DNA of 60,581 nt, counting the filler. It is 8 parts of 8 records of this genome, joined end to end, with 100 filler letters (N's around TTAATTAATTAA, not from the genome) between each part and the next. Parts side by side here need not be neighbours in the genome. Positions count along the whole stretch, not along the records: positions 15,695 to 25,729 come from SRR31147125_9369; positions 25,830 to 32,980 come from SRR31147125_9372; 6 more parts are not named here. One strand, 5' to 3'. A program made the translations under genes and the position numbers. The stretch's first letter is position 1. Every line of letters starts with the position of its first letter. Below are positions 21,726 to 31,268 of the stretch, one piece after another. The notes beneath the pieces are model-generated. The model was not told where the DNA came from, searched no databases, and saw nothing but the letters and a program-made list of their open reading frames with translations.

Positions 21726-22646
21726 CTATTCGATATAGACAACCCGTCGCTTAACCCCCGTTGGAAGTGTAAATCCAAATTTTTCCAGTACTTTTTTATT
21801 TACAAAGAAATCCGGGGAAGGATCATTTTTGATTGGAATGATGTTAATGTCCGTCCCTTTGTACAAAACATCCACCAATATTTCCGCAAGAATGTTTCCC
21901 AGCTTTACATCATCTGCCGCAAAAGCGGCCAAAGCGCCTTTCTTGATGGGATTTTTACTATATGACAATACCGGTGTGTTTTCCGCAGTCGTAATGATAG
22001 CGTCCGCATTATCCATGACAAGTCCTTGGCTTCCAATGATAAATGCGGAGACTTTCCCTTTGTAAGCTTTAACGGTTTCGATTAATTCTTCTCTGGTTGA
22101 ATGAAGGGCGTCAATATATTTAATGGTGCTGTTTTTTATCGCTTTTTGGGTGGATTGCCGGTCCACGGAAGAACCGGGATGCCCTTTTTCCAACAGAAGT
22201 ACAAACGAGTGAAAATCAGGGAGGATTGCTTTAAATACGCCAAATTGAGCGCTTTTGGGCAAGTGGTAGGTTACCCCTGTAATGTTTTTTCTGCTTTTTA
22301 AGCCCAACGCCCGTGGATGATTACACCCGCCAATAAAAGTCGGTATGCGGATCGAATTTTGACTCAACCATTTAACCGCACTTGATCTTAAAAGGACCAC
22401 CCCATCCTTTTCATTTTCCCATTGTCTGACAAGTCGATCAAATTCTTCCAACGACTCTACAGCTTTCCGGTACTCTAATTTGATATCAGGAGCAAGGTCA
22501 CGGATTTTTTCATCAAACCCGGTTGCAACTCTTTGAGACATCCCTGAAGAACCCATCCAGGCTATGCCGATATCTTTTGCATGGGAATAGTTTGCATGAC
22601 AAGCAATCAATAGTATTGAAGTAAGAATAAAAAATATACGTTTCAT
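21726..22646 (-). CDS. ABC transporter substrate-binding protein-like (periplasmic)
   Basis: Signal peptide (SHA/KD), NITGV, and a C-terminal KGALAA...FFVNKKVLEKFGFTLP pattern. Confidence 0.7.
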   Translation of the reverse strand: MKRIFFILTSILLIACHANYSHAKDIGIAWMGSSGMSQRVATGFDEKIRDLAPDIKLEYRKAVESLEEFDRLVRQWENEKDGVVLLRSSAVKWLSQNSIRIPTFIGGCNHPRALGLKSRKNITGVTYHLPKSAQFGVFKAILPDFHSFVLLLEKGHPGSSVDRQSTQKAIKNSTIKYIDALHSTREELIETVKAYKGKVSAFIIGSQGLVMDNADAIITTAENTPVLSYSKNPIKKGALAAFAADDVKLGNILAEILVDVLYKGTDINIIPIKNDPSPDFFVNKKVLEKFGFTLPTGVKRRVVYIE

Positions 22647-23003
22647 TTTCTCCCTCCATATTTCAGTAAAAAATTTTAGGATAATGCCCGGCTAAAAAAA
22701 AATACCTTCACTAGGGCACCCCGTAGAAGTAAATGTCCTTTATCTATATTTTGGTGCGTTTTGATTTTTTGGTAAACAAAATTAATGGGTGCGGTTGTTT
22801 ATTTTTACGGAAGTCCTGAGTCTGCATTGCAAAACTATTTTCAACGGCATTATCTCTTCTTTAAATCAAATCGGAATGAATACGGAGGGCTCTTCTCGGG
22901 GGGATGGTTTAAATCGGGCCATTTTTTTCTGCTGGAAAATCATGCTCTCAATTTATTATTATGCTATCATACATATTCGACAGCTTCAATAAGTCTGTAG
23001 AAA

Positions 23004-23291
23004 TTATTCTTCAATGATTATGGCTTTGGAAATTGTCGATTTTTCCCTTAAATGGGATATTTGCTTATACTCACTTGATTGAAAGCACGTTTGAATTTTA
23101 CTCTTGGTGGCAAACCGAATTAATATGATACGCTTAAGATCCCAATCACCGGATATGGGTGTTATTTGATTTGATCTTAAAACATACTCCCCACCATATT
23201 TTTGAATGATAGGGGCCGCTTTCTCGATGTATTTCCGGTACATGTCGTTATCAATAATTTTCTGAATTTCAGCCAAAAAGAATATTGCCAT
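23004..23291 (-). CDS. DUF1330 family protein
   Basis: YIEKAAPIIQKYGGEYVLR...LIRF...FQSSEYKQI pattern; RBS GAGGAG before ATG 23291. Confidence 0.82.
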   Translation of the reverse strand: MAIFFLAEIQKIIDNDMYRKYIEKAAPIIQKYGGEYVLRSNQITPISGDWDLKRIILIRFATKSKIQTCFQSSEYKQISHLREKSTISKAIIIEE

Positions 23292-23465
23292 GATCACTCC
23301 TCGTTAATGGAAAGCGGATGACGGTGCGGGGTGCCGCCGGCGCTTTCAAGTAAGACGCTCATTTTCACAGTGTGCGTTTTTTTTATGAAACCCCTCACAC
23401 TCACAGGTTCGAGGATTTTCATGCTTTGTTGCGGCAGGTGACCTGCCATCACTGTTATTAAAATA

Positions 23466-24146
23466 CTATATGAATTTTGCCACCAGCATTTTAGTGGCCC
23501 CTTTTTGAAATTCATATTCAACAGGAACCAATGATATGTGGATGCCGCTATCTGATAAAGAGGATATGACAGGCTCAAGATGCTTGGATGGTGTATTGTC
23601 GTCAATCGATAGTAACGGATATACTCGAACCTCATTGGATACACGACATAATTCTCTCAAGGATGAAATATGTTGTTCTTGATTGACATGCTCGCTGTAT
23701 AAAAATAAATAATGAGAACACAATGCCAGTTCAAATTCGTCATTCTCAAATGGCAGCCCAGGCAGTGACGCATTTATATATCGACCCGTCTTTTTTCCCT
23801 CTTCATAGTCATTTAGAAATGTTGCCATTGCATCCATTCTGACGGTTCCCAACTCTTTAACACCGGCTATATGTTTCCAAGCATAGTCCGCCGTATTTTG
23901 AGAGACTTGCTCCATAATAGAAGGATAAACCGCATCAATTCTTGAACGAATCTGTTTTGCACTAAATTGATATATCGGATCAATCGATACAACATCTCCG
24001 CCGGTTCTTGATAGTTCAGCATTAAAGCAAGCCGGACCATCACCGCAACCGAGAATCTTTTTATCAAGGTCGCTGTCTGACAACGAAAACATTTCTCTGT
24101 ATTCGCTTAATGATCGCCCCCAAGGGACGACTTCGGATAATTCCAT
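23466..24146 (-). CDS. SAM-dependent methyltransferase
   Basis: ILGCGDGPACF (motif I), LPFENDEFELALCSHYLFLY and ELCRVSNEVRVYPL. Confidence 0.85.
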   Translation of the reverse strand: MELSEVVPWGRSLSEYREMFSLSDSDLDKKILGCGDGPACFNAELSRTGGDVVSIDPIYQFSAKQIRSRIDAVYPSIMEQVSQNTADYAWKHIAGVKELGTVRMDAMATFLNDYEEGKKTGRYINASLPGLPFENDEFELALCSHYLFLYSEHVNQEQHISSLRELCRVSNEVRVYPLLSIDDNTPSKHLEPVISSLSDSGIHISLVPVEYEFQKGATKMLVAKFI

Positions 24147-24170
24147 GATGTTCTCTTCCGTTTAAAAAAA

Positions 24171-24512
24171 TTATTTTGTAGTCGCTAATTTCATACCAAA
24201 CAATATAAATATTCCACCTGCAACGCGTTCAATACATTTTTGGTAGGTCATATATGCCTTTTTCGCCCAATTGAAAGAAAACATTATGGCAACAAACGAA
24301 TACCAAACCGCAGAAATTAAACATATCAATGCGATACATAGTATTCCTAATTTGACAGGCGCATGAATAGGTATTGTTGCTGCAAATAGGCTTGTCATAA
24401 AAGCCGCTGTTTTGGGATTTAGCAAGTTTGTTAATAATCCGAGCCTAAAACACTTTTTTGCTGAAAGAGAGTTGCTCTTTTGTCTTGAAATGGAATTCTC
24501 TTTTTTTCGGTT
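24171..24512 (-). pseudogene. LysE family exporter, C-terminal fragment only
   Basis: Frame reads CFRLGLLTNLLNPKTAAF...IERVAGGIFILFG. There is no room for the N-terminal PGP half before the thioesterase stop at 24582. Confidence 0.65.
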
Positions 24513-24581
24513 GATCCGTCTTGAGCGTCAAAGATTGAAAAGGGTGGACGGTTTCAAAGATAGTGACAGTCCAATTAAGGA

Positions 24582-25010
24582 TCATTGAATATTGCGTCGT
24601 ACGTCAACGGGTATCTCTGCCGTACAACGTTTTTCATAGTCGAAAAAGACGCATCCGATTTTAGCTAATGCCACCACACTGCTCGAACGATTCAGGTTGA
24701 AAACCTTGAATAGTATTTCAAATCCTTTGGAAGATATCTCGCCAACCGCGATATCGATCTTGAGCCGATCCCCTCTGAATGCTTCGGAAATGTATTGAAC
24801 CGCCAGGTCGGCAAATATTTCTCGAACAACTTGCTTGCCGCTGGTGTCCATTCCCGTCGATTTTATGAATTCTAAAGAGGCATCGTTGATAATACTGACT
24901 AGACGGTCGAATCCCAGGTGCCTTGCCGGGCTGAGATCGCTCAAGCGGACCGTGGTTTCGTAGCTGCAAAGGATTTTTTTTTCAGGAAATTCAATGTTGA
25001 CTCGTGCCAT
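24582..25010 (-). CDS. Thioesterase (hotdog fold, 4HBT-like)
   Basis: VRLSDL...HLG, ADLAVQYISEAFRGD and VFFDYEKR. Confidence 0.8.
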   Translation of the reverse strand: MARVNIEFPEKKILCSYETTVRLSDLSPARHLGFDRLVSIINDASLEFIKSTGMDTSGKQVVREIFADLAVQYISEAFRGDRLKIDIAVGEISSKGFEILFKVFNLNRSSSVVALAKIGCVFFDYEKRCTAEIPVDVRRNIQ

Positions 25011-25096
25011 GTTCGTTTACCTATAATTTTTTGTTTAAGGGTGACGTGTTTAAAATCGATGCTATTTGCCGCTGACCGGACAACGACCATGAAGAA

Positions 25097-25576
25097 TCAT
25101 CCGAATCCATACTGTTGACGCAGCAGCTCTTTTGTTCTTTTGTGGACATTGTACCGGTTGAGATCTTCGGCACTTACCCAGGCGGAATCAACGGCATCAT
25201 CCCCGGGTGAAGGCTCTCCATTCAAATAGGTTGCTTCCAGATCCACAACATAATAGTGAAACAGGACCGAACCGATTTCATCCCGTTCAATGGATTCAAA
25301 TGCGTAAACCGGATCTCCGGCTTCAATCCGAATCGCAGTTTCTTCAAAGAGCTCTCGTTCTGCCGCCTGTTTGAGTGTTTCACCTAACTCCACGCTTCCA
25401 CCGGGGATTGACCACATTCCCTTGGAAGGGGCTTTCCCTCTCTTTATCAGCAGGACTTTTTGATCTTTGAACACAACGGCTCCCACAGCAAGTTTGGGAT
25501 GGGAGAGTATTTTTTTGTCGGTTTTGTTTTTATGTATCATTGGTGGCGCAATAGCTCTCCATAACGGCTTCATCAT
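25097..25576 (-). CDS. NUDIX hydrolase
   Basis: Nudix box GGSVELGETLKQAAERELFEETA. The true start may be downstream. Confidence 0.9.
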   Translation of the reverse strand: MMKPLWRAIAPPMIHKNKTDKKILSHPKLAVGAVVFKDQKVLLIKRGKAPSKGMWSIPGGSVELGETLKQAAERELFEETAIRIEAGDPVYAFESIERDEIGSVLFHYYVVDLEATYLNGEPSPGDDAVDSAWVSAEDLNRYNVHKRTKELLRQQYGFG

Positions 25577-25729
25577 TTGCGATCTTTAGATAATATGTAG
25601 ACACTCTTTCCTTTCCGTTTGTCAACGGCAATTACAAGGTCCACAATCTCTTTTTCTCAAACTTCATATACCAGACGATACTATGAATTCCAAAGTTTGA
25701 TTTTTTATATGAAAAACCTCACGCTCATC

Positions 25730-25829
25730 NNNNNNNNNNNNNNNNNNNNNNNNNNNNNNNNNNNNNNNNNNNNTTAATTAATTAANNNNNNNNNNNNNNN
25801 NNNNNNNNNNNNNNNNNNNNNNNNNNNNN
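25730..25829. other. Artificial contig spacer
   Basis: N44-TTAATTAATTAA-N44. Confidence 0.98.
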
Positions 25830-26859
25830 TTTTTTCATCGAGCCGCTGGCGCGCCTCTTTGATCAGGCTCACTTTGAGATAGCGCAGATAAGCGCTTATT
25901 TGCACCTCCATCTCTGCGAGACACGCTGTCGCATGTTCGCATAGATCAAAAAAGGGATGCCTTGGGGTGATCGCGTTCTTTTTGGTCGCTTTTTCAAGAA
26001 GAGATGTCGTAAAGCGATCGAAATGGCTGAAGAGAGGATAGCGGCCCTCCCACTGCTCCATCCGGGCAGCCAGCACGCTCAGCACTCTTTCACGGGGAGA
26101 AACCCCCGGATGTCCCTTGTCAGGTTGACATTTTCCATACCATGTCGCATTGAGCCCTTCCGAGGCAAGCAGCTTTAAAACTGCATCCTTGGCCGCCGGC
26201 CATGCCCGGCACACCTGATCAGCGGCAACTCGCCACGCCTCCAACGCGTCGAGCGGTGGCTCGACGGTGTCCGGAACCACCCGCATACCGGGTGTGCGGC
26301 AACGGTTAAAAAGAGCTGCCATCTCTTCGGGCCGGCTCAAATCTTCAAGCGCACGGGCCACAAGCTCATGCGGAGCGGGTGCGATATAGCGACGCCAGAA
26401 ATCATCGGCCATCTCCTGCACCATCGGCTGATCGTCCTGCAGCAGTTTTGCTTCAAAAAGATAGCCCGTTTCGAAAGCAAAATGGATCAATATGCGCTGG
26501 CAGAATCCATGAATGGTGAAAATGGCGGCGCGGTCAAAATCGGTAAGAGCGTCTTGAATGCGTTGAAGGGCCACATCGGGATCGATGCGATCTTTAACCG
26601 TCGCTTCAATAAGTTGGTCTTTAAGCTTTGTATTCAATTCATTTTTTTCAGTAACAAGACGGTTGCGGATACGGCTTTTCAACTCCTCTGTGGCCGCCTT
26701 GGTGTAAGTCACCACCAGTATTTGGTCGATGGTAAAACCCCTCTCGACAATCAAGCGCACAAACAGCCCCGCGATGTTAAACGTCTTGCCGGTACCAGCT
26801 CCGGCCTCTATGAGCTGAATGCCCTTCAGGGGGGCTTTAAGTAGATTAAACGCGTTCAT
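25830..26859 (-). CDS. recB: Exodeoxyribonuclease V beta subunit, N-terminal part (3' truncated)
   Basis: LIEAGAGTGKTFNI, ILVVTYTKAATEELKSRIR, AAIFTIHGFCQRIL and DDFWRR. Confidence 0.92.
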
Positions 26860-27125
26860 GGGCGACGATTCAACCGATAGACGAAGGCGAGCACTTCGGC
26901 GACCGCCTGGTAGAGTTCGGGTGGAATTTCAGTGTCCAGATCGAGCACTTCGAGCATCTGGACCAGGTTGCGATCCTCGACCATGGGGACACCGTGCTCT
27001 CGGGCCGTCGACACGATGCGATCGGCCATTTTACCACGTCCCTTGGCGACGACCTTGGGCGCCTGGTGGCGAGTTCGATCGTAGCTCAACGCCGCCGCTT
27101 TTTTCTGTTGTTTATCGGACGTCAT
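26856..27125 (-). CDS. Stand-alone FlhB C-terminal-like protein (EscU/YscU/HrcU family, FlhX-like)
   Basis: AAALSYD...APKVVAKGRG...IPPELYQAVAEVLAFVY. Confidence 0.88.
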   Translation of the reverse strand: MTSDKQQKKAAALSYDRTRHQAPKVVAKGRGKMADRIVSTAREHGVPMVEDRNLVQMLEVLDLDTEIPPELYQAVAEVLAFVYRLNRRP

Positions 27126-27158
27126 TCCATACCCGTTCTATCTAAGCTGTTCATTTTT

Positions 27159-28679
27159 TCACGCCCTCAAATCGATCCTGCCGACCGAAGATGCTGTCTG
27201 GTCCTCCTCGTCAAACTGGGCAATCTTCTCTTCAGAGACAAAAGTGGCGATATCGACCTGTCCAAATGATTCCGACAGCACAGATTCGACCTCGCCGACA
27301 TGCTGTTCAAAACGCTCTTGTATGGCTTGATCCTTCACAAAGAAACGAATGCTCAGCAGCCGGCCGGCCATGGCCACATCGGCTCTTACAGGCCCCAGAC
27401 GGTCCATATCCAGCAAAAGAGCGATGCGGTGCTGCGGATTCCCTTCGCCGCCTGCCTTTTTGCGGGGGTAATAGACCTTAATGCGAACCGGCTGGGGATG
27501 CTCCTTCACCGGTAACAAATGGGCAAACACCTGGTAAGCTTCCTGATCTCCTGCCCGCTGGACGGCCCGCTCCTGCTGCAGTTCAACATGGGATAGCAAC
27601 CGATCAACAGTCTGGCGTAATCTGACAATATCTTTAGGATTAGCACCGTTTTCGGCCATTGCCTGAGCACCGCTCTCCGCAAGCGCTTCTTTCAAAATCA
27701 GCAGATTGGGTTTCAGATCTCGGGAAACGGCCCTTCGGAGCGCCTCCCCGTTTGCAGGTTCGCCGGCGGGTGAGGATGACGCCACCATCTCGGCCAGTTT
27801 GGCTTCAAAGAGATGGCCGCTATCAGAGAGCTGGGTTTGCAGCGCATCGGCCCACTGCCGCACCGACGCATCGGCACTGGGTTTCACCATAAACAGCCCC
27901 AACTGTAATAATGCCTGTTGAACGGGTGCCTCGGCCCTTACAATCGCGCTCATGCCACTTGAAGAGGGTGACGTCTGCATCGTTCCGGAGGGGGTGGATG
28001 TTTGGGTCGTCGGGGATTTCGTCCATGTTTGGCCTGGAAGCTGGGCCGCCTGCTTTTGACCACTTTCATTTTGGACTTGGAACGATGCCCCTTGCCCTGC
28101 ATCGCCTTGAGCTTGAAGGACCGGTTTCTGTCCTGCTTGGCCTTGTAGCGGAATAGTCATCTTCTGCCCGATTTCGCTCTGAACTTGGCTGGCCGTTTTC
28201 TGCATCATTTCGTTTTGAAACCGGGTGGCATGGTGCGTCTGCCCGGTATCGCTTTTAAGCCGGGACGCTGGAAGTTTTCCATCAAACCCCTGTTCGGGGA
28301 GCAATTTCACCAGTCGCTGGATGGCATTGAGCGTCTGCTGCTGTTCGTTCGATGTGAATAGCGATGCCACGCCGATTTCAGGTAGCGGTTTGGCCGCCGC
28401 TGGAGGGACCGTCGGCGTCAGTCGAAGCTGCAGCGGTGTTCCGACTTGATCGACAGTAAGCTTCAACAGCTGGCCTGGCTTAGCCGGGATATCGATTTGG
28501 GCCAGGGCTCGAATCTTTCCCCCCAATTTTCCCGCCATGTCGATCAACAGGTGTCCGTCCGCCTCAACCCGCAGCACTTTCGCGCTCAGCTGATCTCCCG
28601 GACGCAACTCCGCGAATCGCGCCTGTTCCCCCTCATGACCGGGTGCCGGCACCGCCTTTAAAATGGCGCTAATATCCAT
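27159..28679 (-). CDS. FliK-like (hook-length control-type) protein
   Basis: Low-complexity Q/P/A/S-rich middle, SGHLFEAKL, and C-terminal LLLDMDRLGPVRAD...IDLRA. Lies directly upstream of the FlhB-like gene. Confidence 0.7.
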   Translation of the reverse strand: MDISAILKAVPAPGHEGEQARFAELRPGDQLSAKVLRVEADGHLLIDMAGKLGGKIRALAQIDIPAKPGQLLKLTVDQVGTPLQLRLTPTVPPAAAKPLPEIGVASLFTSNEQQQTLNAIQRLVKLLPEQGFDGKLPASRLKSDTGQTHHATRFQNEMMQKTASQVQSEIGQKMTIPLQGQAGQKPVLQAQGDAGQGASFQVQNESGQKQAAQLPGQTWTKSPTTQTSTPSGTMQTSPSSSGMSAIVRAEAPVQQALLQLGLFMVKPSADASVRQWADALQTQLSDSGHLFEAKLAEMVASSSPAGEPANGEALRRAVSRDLKPNLLILKEALAESGAQAMAENGANPKDIVRLRQTVDRLLSHVELQQERAVQRAGDQEAYQVFAHLLPVKEHPQPVRIKVYYPRKKAGGEGNPQHRIALLLDMDRLGPVRADVAMAGRLLSIRFFVKDQAIQERFEQHVGEVESVLSESFGQVDIATFVSEEKIAQFDEEDQTASSVGRIDLRA

Positions 28680-28710
28680 GGATATTCAAACCGTTGTTCA
28701 ACGTAAGGGC

Positions 28711-28737
28711 GTTTCGATTTCGCATGGCATCACCTTA
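28711..28737 (-). promoter_or_regulatory. Possible sigma28 (FliA) promoter
   Basis: Minus strand TAAG-N15-ATCGAAAC, a partial match to TAAA-N15-GCCGATAA, ~30 nt upstream of the FliK-like start. Confidence 0.35.
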
Positions 28738-28854
28738 GAAAGACCTTTCCATCATAGCTGATTTGCACGCACTTGACCACTATGTTAAGGTGCGCATCTT
28801 CGAGATTCATTCGAACCATTGGATTAAAATTTCACTTTGCGGGAGAGAGCTGTT

Positions 28855-29289
28855 ATGGCACGTCAACATGCCGGCCGCTACGCGGCCAAACACCCACCGG
28901 GCACCAGGGTGTCGTCGGCCATCGAACAAGCGGTGCGCGATAAATTGAATGACAACAGAATCACCTGCCGGGATGCACACGAGATCGCCTCCTCCCTGGG
29001 AGTGAGCGCCCGGGAAGTGGGCGTCGGAATAGACCTGCTGGAGGCACGCATCTCAAATTGCCAACTCGGGCTGTTCGGACATGGACGAGACCGCGACGAA
29101 CCAGCATCGCCTGCAGAGGTGGGGCACGAGCTTAAAGCGGCCATTGAAGACGCTTTGATCGACGGTCGCCTTTGTTGTGCGGACGCCTGGCGGATCGCAG
29201 GCTCGCTCGGCGTTTCAAGGCCCGATGTCGCCAAGGCATGCGACGCCATGAAGTTGAAGGTGAGCATATGCCAGTTGGGTGCCTTTTGA
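28855..29289 (+). CDS. Hypothetical protein with two tandem Cys-containing HTH-like repeats ending CQLGxF
   Basis: Repeat 1 ITCRDAHEIA...CQLGLF; repeat 2 LCCADAWRIA...CQLGAF. RBS GGGAGAG before ATG 28855. Confidence 0.72.
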   Translation: MARQHAGRYAAKHPPGTRVSSAIEQAVRDKLNDNRITCRDAHEIASSLGVSAREVGVGIDLLEARISNCQLGLFGHGRDRDEPASPAEVGHELKAAIEDALIDGRLCCADAWRIAGSLGVSRPDVAKACDAMKLKVSICQLGAF

Positions 29290-29514
29290 CCGCCGGGAAT
29301 AGACCAGCAAAAAGGAGATGGCAATTGAATTGAAGGATAAAATAGAAGGGCTTACCTTCATGCATTTATGGGCATATATACCAAATATCAAATTTCAGCC
29401 ATATAGCAGGCATTTTTCTAATCGTACGGGCATGAAAACGACAACCCCATAATCTGGTAGATTGACCTGAAAATTAATAAAACGCTTTGTGGAACAAAGC
29501 ATAACCAGGACATC

Positions 29515-30681
29515 ATGATGGAACAGCAGAAAGACGGCTCACAGGAAGCCAGCGGAATCTATGTACACATTCCCTTTTGTCAGAGCAAATGCCACTATTG
29601 CGACTTCTACTCGATTACAGACATAGCCGGCATCCCCGATTTCTTGAAGGCGCTGAAAGCTGAGATGAAGCTGGCCGCAACCACAAGTGGTCGCGCCGAC
29701 ACCCTTTACATCGGGGGCGGCACACCTTCGCTGCTCACTCCCAAACAGATGGGACTGATCGTCGACTGGGCGGCGACCTATTTCAACCTCGATCCAACGG
29801 CCGAGATGACCCTCGAGATCAATCCCGCCACTGCGACCACCCGGGATTTGCAGGATTATGCCGCCTTTGGATTCAACCGGCTCAACATCGGCATCCAATC
29901 CTTTAACGATCAGAACCTGGCCTTTCTGGGGCGCAGGCACAGCTCGAAACAGGCCCTGGCAGCTGTCCGGGCCGGCGTGGACGCCGGCTTCACCAATATC
30001 GGCCTGCACCTGATTTTCGGGTTGCCGGATCAAACGGCCGGCAGCTGGAAGAGCGATCTGCTGCAGGCGATCCGCCTGACCCCCAAGCATTTGGCCTGCT
30101 ACATGTTGTCCTACGAACCGCACACACCTTTACACAGTGACATGCAGGCCGGACGTGTGGTGCCGCTGTCTGAACTGCACACCGCCGACCTGTTTCGCAT
30201 GACCCATGACTTTTTGGGAGTGGCTGGTTACGAGCACTATGAGATATCCAATTTCGCGCAGAATCCCCGTTGGCGCTCCAAACACAACCAGAAATACTGG
30301 AACTTCATACCCTACATCGGACTGGGGCCGTCGGCCCACAGCTTCAGTTCCCCCGAAAGATGGTGGAACCACCGCCACCTGGATGACTATTTGAACGATA
30401 TTAACCAGGGGCGACTCCCCAGGGCGGAAAGCGAACGCCTCTCTGAAGAGCAGGAGATGATAGAGTCTCTCTATCTGGGACTGCGTCAATCCGACGGCAT
30501 CGCGTTTTCATCCTTTCAGCAGCGATTCCACAGTGACTTCAAACTCTATTTTCACTCGGCACTCGATCGTTTTTCAGCAGAAGGCTGGGTCGATATGGAC
30601 GACCAGAGATGTCGCCTTACCGTTGAGGGGATGCTGTTTCTGGATCGGATCGTGGATGAGTTGGTGGATATGATCAACTGA
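29515..30681 (+). CDS. hemW: Radical SAM heme chaperone HemW (HemN-like)
   Basis: IYVHIPFCQSKCHYCDF, IGGGTPS, HYEISNFA, HNQKYW and YIGLGPSAHS. Confidence 0.9.
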   Translation: MMEQQKDGSQEASGIYVHIPFCQSKCHYCDFYSITDIAGIPDFLKALKAEMKLAATTSGRADTLYIGGGTPSLLTPKQMGLIVDWAATYFNLDPTAEMTLEINPATATTRDLQDYAAFGFNRLNIGIQSFNDQNLAFLGRRHSSKQALAAVRAGVDAGFTNIGLHLIFGLPDQTAGSWKSDLLQAIRLTPKHLACYMLSYEPHTPLHSDMQAGRVVPLSELHTADLFRMTHDFLGVAGYEHYEISNFAQNPRWRSKHNQKYWNFIPYIGLGPSAHSFSSPERWWNHRHLDDYLNDINQGRLPRAESERLSEEQEMIESLYLGLRQSDGIAFSSFQQRFHSDFKLYFHSALDRFSAEGWVDMDDQRCRLTVEGMLFLDRIVDELVDMIN

Positions 30682-30725
30682 GGCGACCGCTTTCTGCCGT
30701 CACCTCAGCCACTTTTAGATTGCTG

Positions 30726-31235
30726 CTACCCCAGCAGATTTCTGAGATAGCGAAAAAGCGCCCTGTTGCTCCTGCGTCGTTCAGGCGTGCTTTTAGCCGC
30801 AATAACAGCGCGAACCATCTTCTCCAGCTGCCCCCTGTCGGCGTCCGGAAGATTCTCGGTTATCCACGTCAGGCGATTCTCATTGCCTGACGTCAATTCA
30901 TCTCGCCAAAGTTCAACCTGTCTGAATCTGCGGGTCTCTTCATGGCGTTGGGCGGTCACCTTTTCTATATTGCGCTGAAGTGCCTGAACATCGACGGTGC
31001 GCATCAGTGCACCGATATACTGCATCTGACGACGACGCGCACCATGCTGGTGCATCTGACGAACATCAACAACGGCTTCGTGCAATTCCGAAGGGATATC
31101 GATCTTGTTGAGTTGCTCGTCGGTTAAAGCGACCAGTTCCTCGCCCACCTGCTGGGCAGCCTTGGCTGCTTTCTTACGTTTGGTTTTGCTGGGTTTTTGC
31201 AGCTCGTCTTCATTTTCCCTTTTCCTGAACCGCAC
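30726..31235 (-). CDS. yjgA: Ribosome biogenesis factor YjgA (DarP)
   Basis: SKTKRKK...GEELVAL...RRRQMQYIGALMR...ELWRDEL...LFRYLR. Confidence 0.88.
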   Translation of the reverse strand: MRFRKRENEDELQKPSKTKRKKAAKAAQQVGEELVALTDEQLNKIDIPSELHEAVVDVRQMHQHGARRRQMQYIGALMRTVDVQALQRNIEKVTAQRHEETRRFRQVELWRDELTSGNENRLTWITENLPDADRGQLEKMVRAVIAAKSTPERRRSNRALFRYLRNLLG

Positions 31236-31268
31236 GCCAATGCACCCCTGTTCTTTTCCGGATAAACA

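Noticed and set aside
22647-23003. Riboswitch or small genes upstream of the ABC substrate-binding gene
   Set aside because: No recognisable aptamer core. The short plus-strand ORFs lack RBS and family motifs.
23292-23465. Possible integron attC site between the methyltransferase and DUF1330 genes
   Set aside because: No proper RYYYAAC...GTTRRRY pair, no equivalent site at the next junction (24 nt only) and no integrase.
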